This document shows, in pieces, positions 40,263 to 46,987 of a stretch of DNA of 64,000 bases. Position 1 is the first letter of the stretch, and each line of letters opens with the position of its first letter. The notes under the pieces were generated by a model, which did not search any database, had not been told where the DNA came from, and saw nothing but the letters and a program-made list of their open reading frames with translations. The stretch lies in IMG/VR virus record IMGVR_UViG_3300009185_000001, positions 138,881 to 202,880 of that record. One strand, written 5' to 3'. Both the position numbers and the translations under genes were made by a program. This DNA comes from a virus. Its lineage: Duplodnaviria > Caudoviricetes.

Positions 40263-40634
40263 GGTCGAAACCAAAATCGGAAATTGATATTTGACATTTT
40301 AATTTTTTGGTAGATAGAGTAGTAATACCTATCCCTGTGGACTCGAAAGAGGAGTGATATCTGAAAAGAAGCGTTTCGAGAGTATTCGCACTCACTTACC
40401 AAATAATATTTTAAACCCGCCATGCCTCTGCTTGCAAGAGTAGTTTCTGAAGGCCAAGGCAACTAAGCAAGTCATGCATAATTTGGCGGGTGTTTTTATC
40501 AAGCGCAGATGCTATTTAAAAAGCTCTACCGCGACAGATGACAATGCAATGTTTCCGGAAACAACATTTAATCTGTAGGGAACTTCTCCTTAATAATCAA
40601 AAAAGAATGAGAAGTCTTGGTAATAAATTTAAAT

Positions 40635-40721
40635 GGGTTACTATACCGTTAAAGAGGCGGTCCAGACTGTAAATCTGGCGTGTTCTGCACTCACTAGGAG
40701 CATTACCTAGGTAGCCCACCA
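40635..40721 (+). tRNA. tRNA-Tyr(GUA), type II, non-canonical T loop
   Basis: GGGTTAC/GTAGCCC acceptor, CCAGA-CTGTAAA-TCTGG, variable arm, CTAGG-AGCATTA-CCTAG, encoded ACCA. Confidence 0.8.
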
Positions 40722-41135
40722 TTTTAATATAGAAAGAATAGATAGTGTTAGTAATAAATTTTGACTGGGATGTTGGTCTAGAAAATCATCATCTAAGGAG
40801 TGGAACTGGACGTGGAGAACTGGTAATTAGTAGGGACACAATTCATATAAGCCCTACATCCTATTTATAGGTACGGAGATGACCGTGAATTGCGTTTCAC
40901 AGGATAGAGAAATCTATAACCCCTTTAGCTTTAAAAAGCACACCAGTTTATTTTTGATAAGTCGGACGGGGAATGTGTGCTGTGCATTCTTAAAAAGCTC
41001 ACCGTTGCAGACGTATCACCAGACCCGATTAGGCAGGGGGTAACAAGTAACCTTCGTCCAACGTGTTAAAAACACGGTAGCCAATGAAGAGCTTTCTGGA
41101 ATTGATATTTAAAATTATATTGTAAATAGTTTATA

Positions 41136-41208
41136 TGCGGGTTACAGTTCTGGCGAACTGAGGGGTTTCATAAGCCTCTTTAGGTGGATTCGATTTCCAC
41201 ACCCGCAA
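41136..41208 (+). tRNA. tRNA-Met/Ile2 (CAU)
   Basis: TGCGGGT/ACCCGCA acceptor, loop TTCATAA, GTGGA-TTCGATT-TCCAC; no encoded CCA. Confidence 0.85.
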
Positions 41209-41216
41209 TTTTTAAT

Positions 41217-41349
41217 TCCTCATTAGACGAATTGGTAAAGTCACGGGACTGTGGGAGAAGCAGGTTAGCGTAATATGAGTTCGATTCTCATAACTCCAAG
41301 TCTAATCCCGCGCAGCAATGCATTCTTCGTTCAAGTCGAAGATGAGGAG
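41217..41349 (+). tRNA. tRNA-Ser(GCU)-like with ~50-nt insertion in the anticodon
   Basis: TCCTCAT/ATGAGGA acceptor, G73, D arm GAC/GTC, CGGGA/TCCCG anticodon stem, GCA-GCAA-TGC variable arm, CTTCG-TTCAAGT-CGAAG. Confidence 0.75.
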
Positions 41350-41513
41350 CATTTTAGAATAGATAAAAAGGTTCTCGATGATCCAGATAAAAAAAATCGA
41401 AAATACTTCTTGACCTTTTCAGAAAAAATTGTTAGAGTATTTGAAGATTAGTAAAGGTTATCTGAACCTTGTAAAAAAATCAGAAAAGATTTTTGATAGA
41501 ATAGAATTTATAT

Positions 41514-41856
41514 GGTCGAGTGGTGGAATGGCAGACACAACGGACTTAGAGAAATTTGAGCTTTGATTGGGAAACCTTTCAAATGTAACTTGTCAAATTC
41601 GGTGAAGGGTTTAAACTCCTAATACCGAGCCAAGCATCGAAAGATGAAGGTGTAGAGACTTGACGGCAAGAACCTAAAGCGAAAGCAATGGTTAAGGTAA
41701 AGTCCAGACTACAAACAGATTGAGAAAAGTAAATCCCGAAAGGATTGAACAGAGCGGTAAATACGCTGACTGACGAATCTGGTAACGAAAGTTATAGTAG
41801 TAAGAAAATCCGTTGCCAGTAATGGCGTGAGGATTCGAGTTCCTCCTCGACTACCA
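41514..41856 (+). tRNA. tRNA-Leu(UAA) split by a group I intron
   Basis: Exons 41514-41547 (…ACGGACTT) and 41805-41856 (AAAATCCGT…CTCGACTACCA) join to give a type II cloverleaf with loop CUUAAAA. Confidence 0.92.
41548..41804 (+). ncRNA. Group I intron (trnL-UAA / IC3-type position), 257 nt, no ORF
   Basis: P AAATTCGGTGAA, Q AATACCGAGCCAAG, R GGTGTAGAGACT, S AAGGTAAAGTCC; follows U34; ends in G; ACTAC/GTAGT P9.0. Confidence 0.92.
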
Positions 41857-41864
41857 ATTTAAAA

Positions 41865-41958
41865 GCAAGGTTAGTGTAACTGGAAGCACCGACAGACTTA
41901 TAATCTGTGTATCCTAGATTTGGATCGAGCGTGGGTTCAATTCCCACACCTTGCACCA
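41865..41958 (+). tRNA. tRNA-Ile(UAU)-like with long variable arm
   Basis: GCAAGGT/ACCTTGC, ACAGA-CTTATAA-TCTGT, 22-nt extra arm (ATCC/GGAT), GTGGG-TTCAATT-CCCAC, ACCA. Confidence 0.75.
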
Positions 41959-41981
41959 TTTTGTAAGTAGTTGATTTAGAT

Positions 41982-42053
41982 AGGGGTGAAGCATATTGGT
42001 CATGCGCTCTGCTCATAACGGAAGGAAAGTGGGTTCGATCCCCATCGCCCCTA
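41982..42053 (+). tRNA. tRNA-Met(CAU), elongator-like
   Basis: AGGGGTG/CGCCCCT, loop CTCATAA, GTGGG-TTCGATC-CCCAT. Confidence 0.85.
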
Positions 42054-42065
42054 CATTTTTCATAA

Positions 42066-42150
42066 GCACTTGTAACTCAACGCTCTTCTAAAGCGTCCTT
42101 TAACGAGTAATTGGATATAAGGTCTGTTGGTTCGAATCCAACCAAGTGCG
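42066..42150 (+). tRNA. Atypical tRNA-Arg(UCU)-like RNA with rearranged D/anticodon region
   Basis: Perfect acceptor GCACTTG/CAAGTGC, T arm GTTGG-TTCGAAT-CCAAC and anticodon arm ACGCT-CTTCTAA-AGCGT; D elements out of order. Confidence 0.7.
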
Positions 42151-42324
42151 CTTAATAAACAAAATACAGGTTCAAATCTCATTTCAATACAATGCCCCAC
42201 AAAAAACCCAAACCCTCCCACAAAGAAATTCTAAAATATCTGGAATTTCTTTCCTCAATCAAAAAAGTAAAGCCTTCTAAAACTCTCTTGACACCCAAGA
42301 AAAACTAACATACCATCTAACATC

Positions 42325-42633
42325 ATGGATATACTAAGAATCCTCCCAAAGGGAGAAAACATTGAAAACATAATAGAATCATTTAGAAGTACTTTAATCA
42401 ATTCTAAATGTGAACATTCTGCCAAGGTGTCGGTTTTCGTAGTAACAAAAGAAAAGTTTGAAAGGTCATGGAATTTAATATATCCAAACAATGAAGATGC
42501 CTTGTTGGAATCCTTGAAGAAAGAATATTTGGAATTGATTAACCAGAGACGAGTAACCGTAACAGTGGCAGAGGAAGAGAATTATTTTTTAAAAAACATT
42601 AAAAAAAATATTGACGAGAACGATATTTTTTAA
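42325..42633 (+). CDS. Hypothetical protein
   Basis: 102-aa ORF. Confidence 0.5.
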   Translation: MDILRILPKGENIENIIESFRSTLINSKCEHSAKVSVFVVTKEKFERSWNLIYPNNEDALLESLKKEYLELINQRRVTVTVAEEENYFLKNIKKNIDENDIF

Positions 42634-42645
42634 TACATTCAAATT

Positions 42646-42810
42646 ATGGAAGAAAACTACATCAAACTAATAAGCAAATACGGAAATCAAAAAGTGGAAT
42701 TCACAATTGATCCCGACATTGACATGACAGTAATGGTATCAACTCTGGAATGCTTCTTGAAAGCTATTGGATACCAATTCAATACACTGGAGGAATGGAT
42801 TAACGAATAA
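42646..42810 (+). CDS. 54-aa protein (not in ORF track)
   Basis: MEENYIKLISKYGNQKVEF...; fills the gap between co-oriented ORFs. Confidence 0.5.
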   Translation: MEENYIKLISKYGNQKVEFTIDPDIDMTVMVSTLECFLKAIGYQFNTLEEWINE

Positions 42811-42811
42811 T

Positions 42812-43170
42812 ATGAAACTAAAAGACATTGAAATACCAGATGGGCCAGTACTGGCAATTTTAGGATTTGGCTGCATATATTTTGGTGCTTGTTTGTTGGG
42901 CCTGACAATGACAATCGTCAAAGCAATTGCACTATACTTCTTTAACTATACTATTACAATCGGAGGAATACCACTATGAAAAGTAATGATATGCTTTTTA
43001 CCGGATTCGGATTAATTCTATTTGGAATCGGACTTCTTCTTATCAGTCCCTTCCTCTTGATATGGTCGGTGAATGGATTGTTTGGATTGACAATTCCTTT
43101 CACATGGACAAATTGGTTCTATGCCTTCATCATTATTATGTTGCTCCGAGGAAGTATTAGTAGCAAGTGA
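42812..43170 (+). CDS. Two small overlapping membrane proteins (42812-42979, 42976-43170)
   Basis: Hydrophobic helices; ATGA overlap. Confidence 0.55.
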
Positions 43171-43172
43171 TT

Positions 43173-43460
43173 ATGAATTACGATAAAGTTGATACTAAAA
43201 AGGCAAATGGAACTTCCTTTCAGGGAAAGATTAAAACAAACTTCTATAGGTTGGAAGAAGTATTCGGAGAACCCTTGTATCCAAATAGCGGAGACGGAAA
43301 GGTTATCTGTGAATGGGTATTGGAATTTGAAGACGAAACAATTGCAACGATCTATTGTTGGAAAGTTTCATCAATTCCTGTAGAAGAATATGATTGGCAC
43401 ATTGGCGGACATTCACAAAAAGCAGTTGAATATATTAAAACCTGTTTGAAAGAAAATTAA
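43173..43460 (+). CDS. Conserved phage hypothetical protein
   Basis: GTSFQG...FGEP...DGKVICEW...ATIYCWK...WHIGG. Confidence 0.6.
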   Translation: MNYDKVDTKKANGTSFQGKIKTNFYRLEEVFGEPLYPNSGDGKVICEWVLEFEDETIATIYCWKVSSIPVEEYDWHIGGHSQKAVEYIKTCLKEN

Positions 43461-43462
43461 TA

Positions 43463-43702
43463 ATGAATACAAAACAATATAGAATCAGTCTGGATAACCA
43501 AAAGAACTTCATTCTCAATACCTGCCCGATTGATGAACTAACAGAAGGATTCATCAGGGATGTTGTCATTGCATATAGGCTCCGACATATTAACCTGTTG
43601 AAGGCTCTGGAACATTTCTCAAAGAAAGATATAGAACAGGTTCTAGAAGCAATGGCGAATCTTAATCATACTATTGAAGAATTTATCAAAGAAGAAGATT
43701 AA
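43463..43702 (+). CDS. Hypothetical protein
   Basis: 79-aa ORF. Confidence 0.5.
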   Translation: MNTKQYRISLDNQKNFILNTCPIDELTEGFIRDVVIAYRLRHINLLKALEHFSKKDIEQVLEAMANLNHTIEEFIKEED

Positions 43703-43730
43703 AGAAGTATAAGTAATTTACAATTCAAAT

Positions 43731-44429
43731 ATGAAAACCAAAGATCAAATATTATTAGAAGATTTATATATATCTATATATAACGAAAACAATCAACAGG
43801 ATGCATTAGCAAAACTTTCTCCGCACTTACAACAAATTGCTAATGATCTTTTATCATATCTTTCAAAGGGAGCAAGAAAGGCTAGTTTTTATTACCGATC
43901 TAAAATAAGCGGAAGAGAAGGAAAATATTACGTGGATCTTGGAGTTGATTATGGAACTGCAAAAAGAGAAAGCCATGAAACCATAAGAAACTATATCGAC
44001 ATGCTAAAGGAAAGCGATCCGGAAAATCCGGATATAGCAGTTGGAGAAAAAATTTTAAATCCATCAGAATCCACAAGAAAACCTTCGGTAGATAGAAAAA
44101 TAAATCTTGGACATGGAATATCAATTCAAGATACTGTAAAAGAACCAGAAGTATATCGCCTATATATCTATGCATATGCTCAAAATGACATAGAAAAGGA
44201 TGAAGAGGGAAAGGCCATAAAAAACTTTGAAGGCAATTATGTTCGATCTTCTGCGGGAAAGGTAGATGAAGTTATTCCTGCATCAAAACCAAAATCTTTC
44301 AGCAGTGCAGAACAACTTAATTATAAATTAAAAACAAAACTTTCTAGATTTCGAAGATTCATTCTCGATCCGGAAAACATTTCAGGAATTACATACAAAG
44401 GCGGAATAATAGAATTCCAAAATCAATAA
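43731..44429 (+). CDS. MKTKD-tag family protein; paralog of 61106-61645
   Basis: MKTKDQILLEDLY leader; TATAAGTA at 43708. Confidence 0.7.
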   Translation: MKTKDQILLEDLYISIYNENNQQDALAKLSPHLQQIANDLLSYLSKGARKASFYYRSKISGREGKYYVDLGVDYGTAKRESHETIRNYIDMLKESDPENPDIAVGEKILNPSESTRKPSVDRKINLGHGISIQDTVKEPEVYRLYIYAYAQNDIEKDEEGKAIKNFEGNYVRSSAGKVDEVIPASKPKSFSSAEQLNYKLKTKLSRFRRFILDPENISGITYKGGIIEFQNQ

Positions 44430-44495
44430 TAAAAAGAAATTTTAAATAAAGTTTTTTTTTATATTTTGGCATACCGTGATATAAATATTATTATT

Positions 44496-44840
44496 ATGAA
44501 AACAAAAGATACAATACTATTAGAGAAAGCCTATAAAAAAGTTTTGAAGGAAGCCGAAGTAGGATCTTATGGAGAACGTATGAATGCACAGGGAACACTT
44601 TCTAATGCTAATCCTGCGGAAGTTTATGCAAAATTTGAAGAACTTACAGATAACTTTTACGCCAGTTTAAAAAAGGTAAAAACCCTTTTAGATAGTGAGG
44701 TTTGGAAAAAATTAGCGAACAATGGAGGGTTTAATGATATTTTGGATCATGAAGAGGGTGACGATTATGGTTCAGGTTCACATCCATTCGATTTTGACGA
44801 CTGGGTAAGCCAAGTTGACGTTAAAGGTTATTATTTCTAA
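44496..44840 (+). CDS. MKTKD-tag family protein (start 44496)
   Basis: TATAAATA at 44480-44487; MKTKDTILLEKAYKKVLKE. Confidence 0.7.
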   Translation: MKTKDTILLEKAYKKVLKEAEVGSYGERMNAQGTLSNANPAEVYAKFEELTDNFYASLKKVKTLLDSEVWKKLANNGGFNDILDHEEGDDYGSGSHPFDFDDWVSQVDVKGYYF

Positions 44841-44863
44841 GTTGTAAATATTTTATTTTAAAT

Positions 44864-44904
44864 TAATACCACACCTTGTAAAAATACAACAGGGTGTGGT
44901 ATTA
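44864..44904. terminator. Hairpin between convergent genes
   Basis: TAATACCACACC/GGTGTGGTATTA stem. Confidence 0.5.
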
Positions 44905-44910
44905 TAGCAT

Positions 44911-45663
44911 TTAAATAAAAGTAAAATATTCTTTAAATTTAATACTACTAATTCCCTCTTCGTATTTGTGTAGAGGTTCTTTCATAAGTTCTTTATCCTC
45001 TTGTTCCTCTTTTAATTTATAAGTCAAATTCAAAAGTTCTTTGCTACTTTTAATCCTTCCAAATTCTTGCGGAGATATTATTTCAATGTTTGGATTTAAT
45101 TGCTTTAAGGTTTTAATTATATTAACATACTTCTGACTATTACTCGGCGGGGGCGTACCCCTTCCAATCCATTCTTGATTGGTTGTCTTGGGAACACTGG
45201 CAAAGACAACCTCGGCAGTATTAAAATCCATAATACCTTCATCATAATGAAGAGATTCATCATATCCATTGAAGTCTTTATCAATGCCATGCAATCTTTC
45301 GTCCTTCAATCGCGGACTTGTTGCAATTCGAGAACCATCTGGAAGTTGCTTGGTATATGCATCAAAGTCATATAATTCTTTTATTTTACCAAATCCAACT
45401 ATTATTATACTATTGTTTTCGTCTCTATATACCGAATTGCTTCTTATGGTTGAAACACAGATTTCAGCCTTTTTTCCGATTTGTTTCAAATTAACCAAAT
45501 CATTTGCATTCTCTTCTGTCCAATAAAAGGAATGGATGAATATTCCATGATACAGACGATTATATTCCTCTGCCTTTTTTTGGCCTACTTTCATCATGTT
45601 TGAATTCGGTTGAATGTTTTCTTTATAAAGATTTTCTAAAAATACTTGATCTTTTCCGCGCAT
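44911..45663 (-). CDS. MKTKD-tag family protein, possible ADP-ribosyltransferase fold
   Basis: MRGKDQVFLENLY leader; TATAAATA at 45670-45677; FIH...CVST...YDE order. Confidence 0.55.
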   Translation of the reverse strand: MRGKDQVFLENLYKENIQPNSNMMKVGQKKAEEYNRLYHGIFIHSFYWTEENANDLVNLKQIGKKAEICVSTIRSNSVYRDENNSIIIVGFGKIKELYDFDAYTKQLPDGSRIATSPRLKDERLHGIDKDFNGYDESLHYDEGIMDFNTAEVVFASVPKTTNQEWIGRGTPPPSNSQKYVNIIKTLKQLNPNIEIISPQEFGRIKSSKELLNLTYKLKEEQEDKELMKEPLHKYEEGISSIKFKEYFTFI

Positions 45664-45687
45664 ATGATATATTTATAAAAAAAAGTT

Positions 45688-46563
45688 ATGGAACAATTAG
45701 ATTTTTTTGTAAAGTTGGAAGAGAAGAAACCAATTTGTCGTGTTTGTGGTAATGATTTTGAAAAAACTAGAAGATGGCAAAAATATTGTTCTAAAAGTTG
45801 TAAACACAGAAAGTTGAGAATTAAAAAAAAACTATCTAATTTTGTAAAATTAGAAGAAAATAAACCAATTTGTTCTATTTGTGGGAATAGTTTTGAAAAA
45901 ACTAAACATAATAAAATATACTGTTCTAAAAGTTGTAAACATAGACAGGGGTGGATTAAAAACAAAAAAACAAAATCTATATCTAATAAAAAATATCGTT
46001 TAATTAATAAGAAAAAAATAAAAGAAAGAAGAATAGAAACATCTAAAATATATAGAGAGAAAAATAAAGAAGAAATAAAAAAAAAGCAATTAGAATTTTA
46101 TAAAAAAAATAAAAAACGTCTGTGTGAGATTCAAAAAGAATATCGTAAAAATAACAAAAATTCTATATCAGAAACTAAAAAATTATATAGAAAAAATAAT
46201 AGAACAAAAATAAATCAAAATTTAAAGGAAAAATATTGTACTGATTTTTCCTTTAAACTTTCACAAATTTTAAGAAAAAGATTAAGAAACGGATTACGAG
46301 CACAAAAAACAACAAAAACAAATAAAACAGTTGATTTAATAGGATGCTCCTTTGATTTTGTTAAAATTCATTTAGAAAAACAATTCAAAGAAGGAATGAC
46401 ATGGGAGAATCATGGTTTATATGGATGGCACATTGATCATATTATACCTTGTGCATCTTTTGATCTAACAGACCCTGAACAACAAAAGAAATGCTTTCAC
46501 TACACAAACCTTCAACCCCTATGGGCAGCAGAGAATATGTCCAAAGGAGCAAAGATATTATAA
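45688..46563 (+). CDS. Free-standing HNH endonuclease with N-terminal Cys repeats
   Basis: Two C..C...KYCSKSCK units; MTWENHG..GWHIDHIIPCASF...FHYTNLQPLWA.EN.SKG. Confidence 0.8.
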   Translation: MEQLDFFVKLEEKKPICRVCGNDFEKTRRWQKYCSKSCKHRKLRIKKKLSNFVKLEENKPICSICGNSFEKTKHNKIYCSKSCKHRQGWIKNKKTKSISNKKYRLINKKKIKERRIETSKIYREKNKEEIKKKQLEFYKKNKKRLCEIQKEYRKNNKNSISETKKLYRKNNRTKINQNLKEKYCTDFSFKLSQILRKRLRNGLRAQKTTKTNKTVDLIGCSFDFVKIHLEKQFKEGMTWENHGLYGWHIDHIIPCASFDLTDPEQQKKCFHYTNLQPLWAAENMSKGAKIL

Positions 46564-46938
46564 ACCAAATGATCGGTAGTTTGTTTCTATGAAATTAATA
46601 AAATTTTGAATATTTGTATTATCAAAATCTTTTATATTCTCGACATTTTGTAGCATACTCATCAAATTATTAAGAGTCTGCTTTAATTCATTATTATTAT
46701 TAAAACTTTCAAATCTTCCACTATTAGCCATGTCCTGTAAAATTCTAAAAAAGTGATTAAATAAATCCCCTTCTCTAGAACTCCCTAAGTTTTTTGATTT
46801 GATTTCATTTAATATGGGTTCTAAAACATCCATAAGTTCCATAAACAATCTTTGAAGATCTTGAATACCACTTCCATAAAAATTTTCAAAAACTTTTTCG
46901 TAGGCTTGTTCTAATAATATAGTATCGTTTGTTTTCAT
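46558..46938 (-). CDS. MKTKD-tag family protein
   Basis: MKTNDTILLEQAYEKV; TATAAATA at 46947-46954. Confidence 0.7.
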   Translation of the reverse strand: MKTNDTILLEQAYEKVFENFYGSGIQDLQRLFMELMDVLEPILNEIKSKNLGSSREGDLFNHFFRILQDMANSGRFESFNNNNELKQTLNNLMSMLQNVENIKDFDNTNIQNFINFIETNYRSFGL

Positions 46939-46987
46939 ATTTTATATATTTATATTAAAAATAACCAAATTCCTCTTATTCTTTATA

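Noticed and set aside
40446-40465. Hammerhead ribozyme (CTGA-like core), also at 40361
   Set aside because: Neither site has the full CUGAnGA plus GAAA cores in the required three-way junction.
41040-41052. Resemblance to the 16S rRNA 3' motif GTAACAAGGTAACC
   Set aside because: Short imperfect match with no other rRNA sequence around it.
41249-41305. Amber suppressor tRNA / stop-codon recoding
   Set aside because: Using the CTA at 41302 gives a 6-nt loop rather than 7, and ORFs are full length under the standard code, so there is no sign of recoding.
41792-42016. 74-aa minus-strand ORF, and the short ORFs at 40102-40462
   Set aside because: Antisense to tRNA or structured-RNA genes; no coding features.
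42160-42185. Additional tRNA after the Arg-like RNA (GGTTCAAATCT)
   Set aside because: Only a partial T-loop string; no acceptor, D or anticodon stems.
45636-45965. 109-aa minus-strand ORF with internal repeat
   Set aside because: It is the antisense shadow of the duplicated Cys motif of the HNH gene.
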